Shown: positions 9,370-20,522 of the stretch, in pieces
Position numbering within the stretch: position 1 is the first letter of the stretch
Layout: the number at the start of each line of letters is the position of its first letter
Assembly: GCA_964572485.1 (NCBI GenBank)
Contig: CAZNGA010000003.1
Coordinates: 9,591-73,590 of the forward strand
Origin: an uncultured Chitinophagales bacterium
GTDB lineage: Bacteria; Bacteroidota; Bacteroidia; Chitinophagales; CAZNGA01
DNA: 64,000 nucleotides
Reading direction: 5' to 3'
The notes under the pieces: model-generated
What the model was told of the DNA's origin: nothing
Database searches by the model: none
Seen by the model: the letters and a program-made list of their open reading frames with translations, nothing else
Position numbers and translations under genes: made by a program

Positions 9370-11481
9370 ATGAAGCGGTTCTTTTCTTTTTTAATCAACA
9401 GCCATCAGGACATACTAAAATATGTACTTATTTTGCTGGCCATTTTCTTGATCACCAATTGGTATCCAAAAACAGGGAAATTTAAATATGAATTTGAGGA
9501 GGGAAAGCCCTGGAAGTATGAGACCTATTTAGCCCCATTCAACTTTGCTATCAAAAAATCTGATGAGGAACTCAGTCTCGAAAAAGAAAAGATACTCACC
9601 GGATTCAATCCTTATTACAGAATTCATAGCGGGGTCATTACCGGCAGCAAGGAACTATACACCTCCAATTTCAAAAGGGAGTACAAAACCTTACGAACAG
9701 ACAATACCGCTTTATTGAAACTGAAATCCCTCTTCAAAAAGAAGATCGACCCCAAAAAAGATTCATTACAGAACCTGCAACTCGGATTGGATTTACTTGA
9801 AGATATTTATGGTTATGGGATCATAGATGTGGACGAGGCAAAGAGTAGGATCGGACCAGATGGATACATCAATCTGTTAAGTAAAAATATTGCCTCTAAA
9901 AGAACAGTCTCAGACTTTAGGACAATTGCTGAGGTTTATATTTATATAATTGATACACTGAACAACACTCCAGCTGAGATCATCATACCCATCATTGAGT
10001 CAGCAGTTACCGCTAACATATTATATGATGACTCCACAACGGAGCTACTACAGAATGAGAAGTTGGCTAATATTTCTGTCACAAGAGGTCTTATTCTTGA
10101 AGGCCAGATGGTTATTGCGAAGGGGACCATCATTACTAAGGATAAGTATCAAATATTACACTCGTTAAAAGATGAATATGAGCAAAGGATCGGATCGACC
10201 CAAAAGGGGCATATTATCTTTATGGGTTACTTATTGTTGACGGCTATCATATTTGTATTGCTCTCTCTTTTTCTATTTCTTTTTGCCAAAGAAGTTTTCT
10301 ATAGCATCAGAAAATTGACCTTTATTTTATTGATCATTGTGGTGAGCACACTTCTTGTAAGTGTAGTAGCAGATTCAGATAAGGTTTTTTCATTATATGC
10401 AATACCATTTTGCATAGTTCCGATCATGGTCAGGACATTTTTTGGCTCCCGGCTGGCTCTCTTTGTTCATCTTTGCGTGGTCCTGATCTCAGGCTTCATT
10501 GCTTCTCTTGGGTTCAATTATCCATTCCTACATTTGATCGCAGGAATTGCAGCCATCTACTCAAATGTGCAAGCTTACTATTGGTCTCAATTTGTCAGGT
10601 CAGGAGCATTTATTTTGATCACTTATTGTTTTACTTATCTCGGGTTATCATTGACCCAGGAAGGAAGCTTTGAGTCCATAGAATGGGCAAATTTCGGATG
10701 GCTTAGCTTGAATGCTTCCCTTACTCTGCTGGCTTATTTGCTGATCCCTTTATTTGAGAAGATGTTCGGTTTTGTTTCAAACATTACCCTAACAGAATTA
10801 GCTGATACCAACAAACCCTTGCTGAAAGAGCTATCCCTGAATACGCCCGGGACCTTTAACCATTCACTACAGGTAGCTAATTTGTCAGAAGCTGCGGCCT
10901 ATGAGATCGGTGCAAATACGATCCTTGTTAGAGTTGGCTCACTTTATCATGATATCGGTAAAATGGAAAATCCTCTCTACTTTATTGAGAATCAGATCAC
11001 TGAGGTCAACCCTCACGATGAGTTACTATTCGAAGAAAGTGCCAGAGTCATCATTGGCCATGTGAGCAAGGGCATAGAGAAAGCTAAAAAGCATAATTTG
11101 CCTGATATGGTCATTGATTTCATTCGTACGCATCATGGGACAACAAAGGTTGAATATTTCTATCAATCTTATTTAAAGAATTTCCCAGAAAAAGATGTTG
11201 ATGAACAGATCTTTACCTACCCCGGGCCTTTACCCTACTCAAGAGAAACAGCTATTGTAATGATGGCTGACTCGGTTGAAGCAGCATCACGCTCTATTAA
11301 AAATCCCAATTTCGAAGACATCGATAACCTCGTCGAAAAGATCGTGAACGGTCAAATCAACCAAGACCAATTCATCAATTGCGGTATTACCTTCAAGGAA
11401 ATTACGGTAACAAAAAAGATATTCAAGAAAATGCTTAAAAGCATATATCATGTTAGAGTTGCATATCCTGAAACCAAGTAA
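9370..11481 (+). CDS. pgpH: 7TM-receptor HD/HDIG phosphohydrolase (PgpH-like cyclic-di-AMP phosphodiesterase family)
   Basis: Extracellular N-domain, a seven-TM block, then an HD domain with HSLQVANL and LYHDIGK (HDIG) motifs. Confidence 0.8.
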   Translation: MKRFFSFLINSHQDILKYVLILLAIFLITNWYPKTGKFKYEFEEGKPWKYETYLAPFNFAIKKSDEELSLEKEKILTGFNPYYRIHSGVITGSKELYTSNFKREYKTLRTDNTALLKLKSLFKKKIDPKKDSLQNLQLGLDLLEDIYGYGIIDVDEAKSRIGPDGYINLLSKNIASKRTVSDFRTIAEVYIYIIDTLNNTPAEIIIPIIESAVTANILYDDSTTELLQNEKLANISVTRGLILEGQMVIAKGTIITKDKYQILHSLKDEYEQRIGSTQKGHIIFMGYLLLTAIIFVLLSLFLFLFAKEVFYSIRKLTFILLIIVVSTLLVSVVADSDKVFSLYAIPFCIVPIMVRTFFGSRLALFVHLCVVLISGFIASLGFNYPFLHLIAGIAAIYSNVQAYYWSQFVRSGAFILITYCFTYLGLSLTQEGSFESIEWANFGWLSLNASLTLLAYLLIPLFEKMFGFVSNITLTELADTNKPLLKELSLNTPGTFNHSLQVANLSEAAAYEIGANTILVRVGSLYHDIGKMENPLYFIENQITEVNPHDELLFEESARVIIGHVSKGIEKAKKHNLPDMVIDFIRTHHGTTKVEYFYQSYLKNFPEKDVDEQIFTYPGPLPYSRETAIVMMADSVEAASRSIKNPNFEDIDNLVEKIVNGQINQDQFINCGITFKEITVTKKIFKKMLKSIYHVRVAYPETK

Positions 11482-11575
11482 TTATTGTTCCAGGTGATCT
11501 TTTAAGTCATCCAAAAATCAATCCCTCCCGATTTATGCAATTTTCACTATCTTTACAAAAAGCCTTTCTACGCCA

Positions 11576-13498
11576 ATGATACCGCAAAATACTATTCAGG
11601 AGATCTTTGATACTTTAAAAATTGAAGATGTTATTGGTGATTTTCTTCCTCTGAAGAAAAGAGGGGTTAACTTTATTGGGTTATGCCCTTTTCACAACGA
11701 AAAAACACCCTCATTCACAGTCTCCCCTTCAAAGGGAATTTACAAATGCTTTGGTTGTGGTGTAGCAGGAAATGGTGTTAAATTCTTAATGGAGCATGAG
11801 CATTATTCTTATGTAGAATCCATTAAATATCTAGCCAACAAGTACCACATAGAGATTGAGGAAGCAGCACCCACTGAGGAAGAATTAGCTTACAAAAATG
11901 TACAGGATAGTCTATTCATTGTTACCTCCTTTGCACAGACATATTTCAGCACCACATTATTGGATAATGAGGAGGGAAAGACGATAGGATTGGCTTATTT
12001 GAAAGAACGCGGATTCAGGGAAGATGTGATCAAGAAATTCCAACTTGGCTATTGCCTTACCTCCACCAATGGATTCGTAAACTATGCGCTTGAAAAGGGC
12101 CATCAATTAGAGTTATTGAAAAAATGCGGGTTGGTCACTTCTAAAGGCAATGAGAACAAAGACTTCTTTAGCGGACGCATATTGTTCCCTGTGCATAATT
12201 TATCTGGGAAGATCATTGCTTTTGGGGGCAGGACACTTAAAAATAACGAGAGATCACCTAAATATATCAATTCACCTGAAACAGATATATACCACAAAAG
12301 CAAAGTACTTTATGGATTGTTCTTCTCACGCAATGCGATCATAAGAGAAGACTCATGCTATCTTGTAGAGGGCTATACAGATGTTTTATCATTACACCAG
12401 GCGAACATTGAAAATGTGATCGCCTCTTCCGGGACCTCTCTCACTGATGATCAAATACGATTGATCAAACGGTATACCCAGAATATTGTGATCTTATATG
12501 ATGGTGATGAAGCGGGTATTAAAGCCGCGCTGCGAGGAATGGAGATCATCTTACAACAAGGGCTGAACGTAAGGATCGTTTTACTCCCAGATAAAGATGA
12601 TCCTGATTCTTTTATTCGTAAAAAGGGGACTGATGGATTTAAGGAATTCATTTCTAAAAATGGCCGTGATTTTGTACTATTCAAAACATCCCTCCTACTC
12701 AAAGAATCGGAAAATGATCCTGTTAAAAAGGCACATCTTATCAAAGAGATTGTGACCACTATAGCCAAGATCCCTGATCCGATCAAGCGATCATTATATA
12801 TAAAAGAGTGCAGCGATTTATTCAAGGTAAAAGAGCAGATCCTTATAACAGAAACCAATAAGATCAGCAGGAAAGAGCTTCAGAAAGGGATGACCATTTC
12901 AAGAAGCGAAGCAGAAACATTGGAAAGACTCAACCAACCATCTACGAATGATGATAATAAGGAAATAGAGTCCTTATTTCAAAATGACGCCAAAGAACTC
13001 CATGAAAAAGATATCGTCAGGATACTTCTTGAGCACGGAGATAAAGAAATATCAGAGAACGTATCTGTGGCTTCCTTCATATTAAAGGAGATTGAGCATA
13101 TTGATTTCAGTAATGAAAAATATAGAAAGATCCTGGAGGAATATTCCGATCGATCTGAAGATGAAACCCCACAAAAAAAACACTTCATCCAACACCAGGA
13201 TCAAGAGATCAGTACGGCAGTTGTTGAGATCCTATCAAGCCAATACGAATTAAGCGATAATTGGGACAAAATGCATAATATCGTTGTTTCAGATAGTGAA
13301 TCAAACTTCAGGGAACATGTAAAATCCAGCATTTCCCGCTTCAAACTGAAAAAGGTTCTAAAGATGATCTCCGAGAATGAGATCAAAATGAAAGAAGATG
13401 GCAATGAGGAGACCATTCAGAAATTACAAAAAGTGCACTCAGAACTGCTTGGCTGGAAACAGGAACTATGTAAAGAGTTGGGGACAGTTATCATATAA
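11576..13498 (+). CDS. dnaG: DNA primase
   Basis: Zinc ribbon CPFHNEKTPSFTVSPSKGIYKCFGCG. TOPRIM motifs EGYTDV and YDGDEAG. Confidence 0.95.
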   Translation: MIPQNTIQEIFDTLKIEDVIGDFLPLKKRGVNFIGLCPFHNEKTPSFTVSPSKGIYKCFGCGVAGNGVKFLMEHEHYSYVESIKYLANKYHIEIEEAAPTEEELAYKNVQDSLFIVTSFAQTYFSTTLLDNEEGKTIGLAYLKERGFREDVIKKFQLGYCLTSTNGFVNYALEKGHQLELLKKCGLVTSKGNENKDFFSGRILFPVHNLSGKIIAFGGRTLKNNERSPKYINSPETDIYHKSKVLYGLFFSRNAIIREDSCYLVEGYTDVLSLHQANIENVIASSGTSLTDDQIRLIKRYTQNIVILYDGDEAGIKAALRGMEIILQQGLNVRIVLLPDKDDPDSFIRKKGTDGFKEFISKNGRDFVLFKTSLLLKESENDPVKKAHLIKEIVTTIAKIPDPIKRSLYIKECSDLFKVKEQILITETNKISRKELQKGMTISRSEAETLERLNQPSTNDDNKEIESLFQNDAKELHEKDIVRILLEHGDKEISENVSVASFILKEIEHIDFSNEKYRKILEEYSDRSEDETPQKKHFIQHQDQEISTAVVEILSSQYELSDNWDKMHNIVVSDSESNFREHVKSSISRFKLKKVLKMISENEIKMKEDGNEETIQKLQKVHSELLGWKQELCKELGTVII

Positions 13499-14149
13499 TT
13501 ATACTGCCTTATTATCAATGGTATATGCCAGCATATAGTCATCCAACCTCTCATAGTAGATCTTATATGCTCCGGATTCGTTGGGTTTTACCACCTTACC
13601 TATAAAATGACCCTTTTCATCATAATCGAAAGGATCTAAGATGATGTCTTGTTTGAAATTCAAACTGCCTTTGCCATATAGCTTATAAAGTACCTCTTTG
13701 GAGCACCAGTGCACATACATTTCTTCTGTCTCCATGCCAGGTGTTAGTCTGTCAAGGTCATCTCTTTCCATAAATTTATGTGCCACACGCTCAATCCTTG
13801 GATGCAAGAACTCAATATCAATGGCTACATTATAATCTCTGCTGACAATAACTCCGGCATAGTCTGTGGAATGGCTAATAGATATATTGTAAGGGAGGTT
13901 CTTAATTATCGGTTTACCAACAAAAGCTACATCTGTCTCAACAAATTCTTCAGTTTGAAGAAGTTCCTTTAACAGCACTCTACTACCTAACCAATGAAGG
14001 TATCTTTCCTCATTCTTGATGCTATTAAGAAATTCTCTTTCTTTTGCATTTAGCCGTAATCTCGATAATAAGTACTCTCTATCTTCATCGATATCCCAGA
14101 CTCCCAATCTGGTCCCTTCCCCAATCTCCTTTTGATAGATAACCGCCAT
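13499..14149 (-). CDS. 4'-phosphopantetheinyl transferase (Sfp-type)
   Basis: ISISHS and WCSKEVLYKLYGKG (W.xKE..xK) motifs. The stop abuts the dnaG stop with no spacer. Confidence 0.8.
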   Translation of the reverse strand: MAVIYQKEIGEGTRLGVWDIDEDREYLLSRLRLNAKEREFLNSIKNEERYLHWLGSRVLLKELLQTEEFVETDVAFVGKPIIKNLPYNISISHSTDYAGVIVSRDYNVAIDIEFLHPRIERVAHKFMERDDLDRLTPGMETEEMYVHWCSKEVLYKLYGKGSLNFKQDIILDPFDYDEKGHFIGKVVKPNESGAYKIYYERLDDYMLAYTIDNKAV

Positions 14150-14253
14150 CTTTTTTTTATATAAAAATAATAAATTATTCTTCCAATAATTCTATACAAC
14201 AACTATTTCTTTTATCCATTAAATGCTAACAGATAGCCAATTTCAACAAAAAA

Positions 14254-14289
14254 AGCCCCTGATGACGTTTTCAACACCATTCAAGGGCT
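14254..14289 (-). terminator. hairpin downstream of the 1694-aa gene
   Basis: AGCCCCTGA / TCAAGGGCT stem (one mismatch) with an 18-nt loop. Flanked by an A7 run on the plus strand (U-run on the minus strand), 19 nt past the stop at 14308. Confidence 0.5.
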
Positions 14290-14307
14290 TTTATATTAAG
14301 TATAAGA

Positions 14308-17300
14308 TTATCGAATTAGTTTTATCCAACCGGTCCAGGTACGCTCATCATCACAGATGTACACATAGTAATAAGTATCACTCTCTAATAATTTACCATT
14401 CAAATCCTTCCCTGCCCAGTCATTCTGATAATCATTGGCTTCATACACCTTAGTTCCCCATCTATTAAATACAACTAATCTGCAGTTTGCAAAGTCGGTA
14501 CCATCAATGATAAAGAAATCATTCTTACCATCATTATTTGGTGTAAAGGCATTAGGAATACTAAAGTCCTCACAAACCTCAATACTTACTTGGGTACTAT
14601 TGGTACAAGAACTGCCACCATAAGTATGAACTACAGTGAATTCAATGGTATATCTCACCGGATAATTTGAATCTGCTCTTGCATACGTGTGTAAGTGTGG
14701 CCCAACGACATCTATAGCAGGTAGTGTTCCGTCACCAAAATCCCATTGCCACGAAGTGACATTAGGTTCAACCGTAGCATATTCAACGGTTACATCTAAA
14801 GGATAACACTTACCCACAATATATGATGGTTCTTCAAAGACAGGCACCGGATTTGGAAGTACATTCACTGTTATAAATGCAGTATCCATACAGCCTGTAG
14901 CGATATCTTCTCCAATGAGTATAAATAGTGTTGTATCTGATGGATCAACAGAAATGGTATCTAATGGAGGAGTTGTAGTTGTGATCAAGCTATCAAGTCC
15001 GGAGGACAGTCTTGCATAAAAATGATAAGTCACATTACCTGTGGCTCGCAATGTAATGGTTCCTCCTGCACAAATAGCACTATCGCTTGAAGCAATAGTA
15101 ACTCCTGGTCTTGGATTAATTGTAAGTGAAACAGTACTTGTATCATTTCCGCACAAAGTAGTAGTGGCTATCATTGAGAAAACGACAGTACCAGCGTCAC
15201 TAGTTGTGGAATAATAAGTAGGTGTAGCGGTTGTGCTATCCTGCAAAACGCCTGTTCCATTATGGGTCCAATACACTAAGTTCCCTGTAAAAGAGCCTGC
15301 AAGGGTAACACTTTGCCCTTGGCATATGGCTGATGGAGAAGCGCCTGCATTGGCTAACGGTAATGGCATTACGACAACAGTCACTGAATCCATCACAGGA
15401 ACGCATGCACTTCCTGAGGCACTTGCAGTAAGCGTTAATGTAACGGTTTGTGGCGTCGTGATGCCCGTACATAAAATATAACCAGGTGTCAAAATCGTGT
15501 TACTCGGTGTAAAGGTTCCACCTGCACCACCATCTGACCATGCAAAAGTATTAGAAGCTGTAACTGCTGAATACAAAGCAACGGTATCGCACTCACAAAC
15601 CGTATCAGGAGGGAAGGGAGCTGTAAGAGATATGGAATCAATGAGTGGTAATGAATCTACAGTTACATAGGCGGTATCAACATCAAATCCGCACATACCG
15701 AAAGTATCAGTTACCGTTATTGTCAACATCAACACTACTCCGGCAGAATCAATATGAGGCGTATAAGTAGGATCTTCAATAATTGTGCTTGAAAAAGCAC
15801 CATTTCCACCATTGTCAGACCATAATATACTTCCTCCTGAAGCTGTACCATTCAGATTGACGAAAGTCGATTGGCAGGTATCCACATCAGGGCCTGCATT
15901 AGCTGAAGGCGTTATTACCGCAACATTGATAGGAACGGTATCCCTACATTGGCCGGCAAAGCCTATAGCTTGGAATGTAGTATTCACTGTTGGTGTCACC
16001 TCAATAGAATCGCAAAATGGAGGAGTCAGGCAATTGATACCGGCTGCGGGGATAGAGCTCCATGAGTATATAGCAGCTCCGGTAGCAGTAATCGTATCCA
16101 TTTGACCTCCACAAATGGTATCACGTGTTACCGTCAAGGTAACGATACCCGAGTCAACTCTAAATGGGTATGTCAGGGTATCAGGACATCCTCGAAGACT
16201 ATCAAATACAGCTACATCAAAAGTATAGAAACCACTGGTATGCACAGTATCAAACGCTGCACTAATACACCTATTGGTCAATGGAGTTGTGATCATTGTA
16301 TCAAATGGCGCCGAAGTCAAGCTCCAATCATAGGAAGTGCTTAGACTGGTTCCGGTAACGCAAATGGTAGTTGTATCCGGTAGATCAGGTGCACAAAATC
16401 CCGAATCGGTAGCACTCAGAGAAAACGGGATGAACAAATTAAGAAAATCGCACACGGTATCATCACAATTCAATACAGTATCCGTTACGATAAGACAGAA
16501 TGTCGTTGTATCACTAGCCAGAGCCCATGTTGAGTCTGCAGTAACACTATCGATAAAGACAACAGGATTAGAAAACCATAGATAAGAAAGGTCATTACCG
16601 GTACTTCCTTTACCATTAAGAATAATGGTATCTAAAACTCCGCCAAAACAAATCGAATCTGATGCAGCAGGTACTGAAATTGGTGGTGTTTTAGCCAATA
16701 CAGAGATGATCGTATCTTTAAAACATAAAGTAAGGGTATCTGTAACTCTTAGGGTAAATACATCAGAGAGGCAAGCTACAGCTGTTGTAACCAAAGAATC
16801 AGGTTCAGCAATACTATTACCACCTGTACTAGTCCATAAATAAGCTACTCCTACACTATCGCTACCTGTTCCATCCAAAGCTACTGTTTCGCAAACGCAA
16901 GTAGAATCCAAATCCGCTGCCTCAGCATTTGGATTCGGATACCAATCTACTACAAATGTGTCTACTTCCACACAACCACTTCGTGTTGCAACCATAATAT
17001 AAGTAGTTGTGTCCACCGGGGTATGTGTAATAAATGGCGTAGTATCGATCGCAAAAGTATCAGGAGGAGTTAATTGTGCGATAGCGATCCATGTATAACT
17101 TACATTTACAATATCACATCCGTCCGATAAGGTAACAGAGTTCCCGTCACAAACACCTGTATCAGATGCAGTGAAGCATATAGCAACTGCACTATCAAAT
17201 TGGAAAAGCAGATCAGCGGTATCAATACATCCTGTGGCACCATCTGTCACTTCCACTGAAAACTCAAATATAGAGTCCAGTAATTGTGCTGCAGGTAGTC

Positions 17301-19392
17301 CCAATTTTGACCAATTGAAATAGATAAATGAATCTGGCAGGCTATAGGATTCCAATAGCCAATTGTGTCGTGCAAGAGTACTATCCCAATCGAAAGCAGA
17401 TCCTGAGCATGATCCATCAACTCTTAAGAATATGGAGTCAGATAGGGATGATACACAAGTGCTATCAGGGGGTACCAATGTTGGGGGCTCATGAATTGGA
17501 AAACAGATTTCAAAGGTATCTACACAAAGCATGGAATCTGTAACGATCAATTGTAAGGTAAAATCAGTCTCTATTGTTCTTGACTTGACCCAAGCGGTAT
17601 CGGTAAGACTATCAGTAACCCACGCAACTTCATAATCATAAATACCTGTTGTAGGTGACCAATCCAATGTTAATGGTGGAACTCCCCTAACGGTATAAGA
17701 GAAGGCAATAGAATCACCTGGGCAATAGGCACCAACGACGAAATCAACACATATTGCCGAAGCATTTGTATCTGGGCTGCACGTGGCAGTTGTATCACTC
17801 AGGTTTGTGATCTCTATGGTATCAATTACAGGTTTATACAATTTTAGATACATGGTATCCAGTTCGAAACATCCTAAAGAATCTTCAACTCTAACTATAT
17901 AGCGAAAAGGAATGTTCTCATATTCTGCAGGGTGAAAAGACAAGAGATCTCTTAAGGAGTCTATATTCACCCGGAAGGTACAATTCGTAGTATCCGGAAT
18001 TGTGGTTGAATCTATTCGCTGGCCGGGTGCAACCGTACTATCATACCATTCATATGTAAATGGTGCAACTCCTGTTCCGGCAACGGTATCTACTTTCACA
18101 CACAATTGCATAGCCAGATCTTCTGCACAATAATAAACAGTATCTGGACTTACAAGTTGCATGGGTTTATCTAAGATATATGTGGCTCTAATAGTATCCG
18201 GACAAGGATCATCATTACTGGCGCAGTTACCATCCAAATCTAAGAATACAACCACAGTATCGTCACAAGTGGTGTGGTAGACAGTATCTTGACCGGGATC
18301 ATCAGTTGGAATAGTGATCCCATTTGGATTTTGAACAACCGTATCCCAAATAATTACAAGTGGTGCCAAACTAATGGTATCCGGCAGTGGGTCACCTACG
18401 GGCACAGTAGGATCCCCCATGATATAGGTTGTCGAATCAAGGTTCGGACATCGTTCATATACCTTCAATGTAATCCTATAAATAGAAGCGACAATGACCG
18501 AAGGGTTCATATTTCCTGAAGTTATTATTCCTAATGGATTGCCAACGCACACATTGGTAGAGGAGTCTCTTCTTAGTTCTGGTTCTAGGTTCACAGCGTT
18601 CACTTTAGCGGAGACATCCTGCGCCTGGTCACAAAAGTCAAAGGGCGGAGGTACATCAGTATGGCACCTATTACAAGCTCTTAACCTAACTGTGTAAGTT
18701 ACGCAGGGAGGGAAAAAGAAGGTGTCAACTCTTCCTGAATCCGCCAATGTATCGGGGCTGGCTGGGGGTATAATCGCTGGGGTTCGGCCACCTCCGGCTA
18801 ATTCCCAATAATAATCTATTGAATCACTATGTCTGATCGTATGGTTGGTAAAAAATCCCATCGCAGTATCGCATTGTGCAAAAGGAGCCACCGGGTCAGT
18901 ACTAAAAGCGGGTTCGGGAGCTGCAATGATCCCATTGTTCACGGTGGTCACATTGATAGTGAAACTCTCACCAACTAAAGGACATGCTGCAAGTGTGTTC
19001 ACAGCAATATAATACTTGGTACCTGAAACAGTTGGAGTGATCAATATAGAATTGGTTCCATTAGCAGGTACTGCAAAACACCCAAGAGAGCCACCTGCAC
19101 AAGAGCCGTCAAATACTTCTACATTCAATCCGCAAAGGGCGCCAGTATCCTCTACTGATACAGTGAAACTCCCTCCTGTCTTATACCCTTCCACAAAGAA
19201 CCAAACACTTCTGCTTTCAGCTAAGCAGGTCATTATCCCTTCGCTTGTAGCAAACACATTGTTCTTACCCATTTCAAAAGAAAAACCGGCACATATCCGA
19301 AGTGCATCTGTACAATCATCATTAATACCCTGAGCTGTAGAAGTAAAATTAAATGAAAATAAAACAGCTAATAGTAAAAGTAATTTTTTCAT
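14308..19392 (-). CDS. giant Cys/Thr/Asp-rich surface protein with PKD domain and type-B T9SS (gliding-motility CHU_C) C-terminal domain
   Basis: Signal peptide. Many repeats of Cys-bounded Ig-like units. WQWDFGDGT PKD signature. C-terminus IPNAFTPNNDGKNDFFII...VVFNRWGTKVYE...WAGKD..G..L.SDTYYYV is the type-B sorting-domain pattern. Confidence 0.9.
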   Translation of the reverse strand: MKKLLLLLAVLFSFNFTSTAQGINDDCTDALRICAGFSFEMGKNNVFATSEGIMTCLAESRSVWFFVEGYKTGGSFTVSVEDTGALCGLNVEVFDGSCAGGSLGCFAVPANGTNSILITPTVSGTKYYIAVNTLAACPLVGESFTINVTTVNNGIIAAPEPAFSTDPVAPFAQCDTAMGFFTNHTIRHSDSIDYYWELAGGGRTPAIIPPASPDTLADSGRVDTFFFPPCVTYTVRLRACNRCHTDVPPPFDFCDQAQDVSAKVNAVNLEPELRRDSSTNVCVGNPLGIITSGNMNPSVIVASIYRITLKVYERCPNLDSTTYIMGDPTVPVGDPLPDTISLAPLVIIWDTVVQNPNGITIPTDDPGQDTVYHTTCDDTVVVFLDLDGNCASNDDPCPDTIRATYILDKPMQLVSPDTVYYCAEDLAMQLCVKVDTVAGTGVAPFTYEWYDSTVAPGQRIDSTTIPDTTNCTFRVNIDSLRDLLSFHPAEYENIPFRYIVRVEDSLGCFELDTMYLKLYKPVIDTIEITNLSDTTATCSPDTNASAICVDFVVGAYCPGDSIAFSYTVRGVPPLTLDWSPTTGIYDYEVAWVTDSLTDTAWVKSRTIETDFTLQLIVTDSMLCVDTFEICFPIHEPPTLVPPDSTCVSSLSDSIFLRVDGSCSGSAFDWDSTLARHNWLLESYSLPDSFIYFNWSKLGLPAAQLLDSIFEFSVEVTDGATGCIDTADLLFQFDSAVAICFTASDTGVCDGNSVTLSDGCDIVNVSYTWIAIAQLTPPDTFAIDTTPFITHTPVDTTTYIMVATRSGCVEVDTFVVDWYPNPNAEAADLDSTCVCETVALDGTGSDSVGVAYLWTSTGGNSIAEPDSLVTTAVACLSDVFTLRVTDTLTLCFKDTIISVLAKTPPISVPAASDSICFGGVLDTIILNGKGSTGNDLSYLWFSNPVVFIDSVTADSTWALASDTTTFCLIVTDTVLNCDDTVCDFLNLFIPFSLSATDSGFCAPDLPDTTTICVTGTSLSTSYDWSLTSAPFDTMITTPLTNRCISAAFDTVHTSGFYTFDVAVFDSLRGCPDTLTYPFRVDSGIVTLTVTRDTICGGQMDTITATGAAIYSWSSIPAAGINCLTPPFCDSIEVTPTVNTTFQAIGFAGQCRDTVPINVAVITPSANAGPDVDTCQSTFVNLNGTASGGSILWSDNGGNGAFSSTIIEDPTYTPHIDSAGVVLMLTITVTDTFGMCGFDVDTAYVTVDSLPLIDSISLTAPFPPDTVCECDTVALYSAVTASNTFAWSDGGAGGTFTPSNTILTPGYILCTGITTPQTVTLTLTASASGSACVPVMDSVTVVVMPLPLANAGASPSAICQGQSVTLAGSFTGNLVYWTHNGTGVLQDSTTATPTYYSTTSDAGTVVFSMIATTTLCGNDTSTVSLTINPRPGVTIASSDSAICAGGTITLRATGNVTYHFYARLSSGLDSLITTTTPPLDTISVDPSDTTLFILIGEDIATGCMDTAFITVNVLPNPVPVFEEPSYIVGKCYPLDVTVEYATVEPNVTSWQWDFGDGTLPAIDVVGPHLHTYARADSNYPVRYTIEFTVVHTYGGSSCTNSTQVSIEVCEDFSIPNAFTPNNDGKNDFFIIDGTDFANCRLVVFNRWGTKVYEANDYQNDWAGKDLNGKLLESDTYYYVYICDDERTWTGWIKLIR

Positions 19393-19650
19393 TTTTTATA
19401 ATTTTAATAGGCTCACAATTATCAAAAATTAATAATATAGTTCATTTTTCCCTACTCATTTACCTAGCAGGTAATATGCTAATGTAATACAATGCAATAG
19501 TAAAATAAAAAGATAATTCGTATTCAGTCACTTACAATTAGTATTTGGTGCATTTTACAAGGAATTTGGTATATAGGATTCCTTAACAAAACATGAGTAT
19601 TTACTAAATAATCGTTCGAATAGCATCATTCAAGTAGAGGTATCAGGGCA

Positions 19651-20397
19651 TTACAAATTATTAAAAGTTGCCAAATGTGTCAAGAATTCCGACTTCTTGC
19701 TCCTGGCAATACCTATCCTTGAATCATCACTCATCATAATATATCCTCCTGTGCCCTTGACATATTTCTTCACATACACAAGGTTGATCAAATGTGACTG
19801 ATGGACTCTATAAAAGTTCACATCTGATAAAAGTTGTTCGTACTCCTTCAATGAACCTGATATCATGATCTTTTCGCCTGAAACCAGGAAGAAAGTAGTA
19901 TAAGCGTCGCTGGCTTCACACCTGATGATATCCTCCACGGAAACAAAGATGATCCCTTCATGGGTGGACAGGGCGATCTTCTTTGGCTGCATGGTTTGAT
20001 TATTCAAAAAGACCTTGAGACGCTCTTTGGATTCTTTATCTTTTACTTTCTTTGCTGCCTTATCTACTGCTGCTTTTAACTCCAGGATATTGATTGGTTT
20101 GAGAAGATAATCAAGAGCGGCAAATTTGATCGCTTTGATCGCATATTCATCGTAAGCCGTTACGAAAATAATTTCAAAGGAAATGTCCTGAAGTTTCTCT
20201 AAGAGATCCAAACCACTCCCATCAGGCATTTGTATGTCTAAAAACACTAAGTCGATTTGATGCTTATTGATCTCTTCAATACCTGAAATAGTGGAATCAG
20301 CTTGGCCAACTATGTTCACATCGCTGCAATATTTCTCAAGAAGATTCCCCAGATTCTCTCTTGCATCCGCTTCATCATCAATAATTATTGCATTCAT
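19651..20397 (-). CDS. LytR/AlgR-family response regulator (receiver + LytTR DNA-binding domain), no cognate kinase in window
   Basis: MNAIIIDDE, FLDIQMPDGSG and VTAYDEYAIKA receiver motifs. C-terminal LytTR domain (FYRVHQSHLINL). The ATG at 20397 is preferred over the TTG at 20430. Confidence 0.9.
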   Translation of the reverse strand: MNAIIIDDEADARENLGNLLEKYCSDVNIVGQADSTISGIEEINKHQIDLVFLDIQMPDGSGLDLLEKLQDISFEIIFVTAYDEYAIKAIKFAALDYLLKPINILELKAAVDKAAKKVKDKESKERLKVFLNNQTMQPKKIALSTHEGIIFVSVEDIIRCEASDAYTTFFLVSGEKIMISGSLKEYEQLLSDVNFYRVHQSHLINLVYVKKYVKGTGGYIMMSDDSRIGIARSKKSEFLTHLATFNNL

Positions 20398-20522
20398 GGA
20401 AAGGTTTTTATTTGAAGTTAACTTACTCAATGGACCCTACTAATTTATACATTATTCTCATACAATAGAAATCGAATTCGTATTTGGTGTACAGCAATTA
20501 GCAAACGGTACGTTACACATAG

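Noticed and set aside
15233-19333. Numerous 60-110 aa ORFs on the plus strand inside the 1694-aa gene. Similar ORFs lie inside the paralogs, for example 24324-24731, 34758-35093, 36279-36551, 45397-45669 and 46774-47178.
   Set aside because: They lie wholly antisense to, or out of frame with, long and clearly coding genes. Their composition is low-complexity and Ser/Pro/Thr-rich, mirroring the sense codons. The same shadow ORF recurs wherever the paralogs are similar (36279-36551 versus 45397-45669), as expected for non-coding reverse frames.
19614-19621. A GTTCGAAT string resembling a tRNA T-loop.
   Set aside because: There is no preceding GG or acceptor and anticodon stems, and no cloverleaf can be drawn from the flanks.
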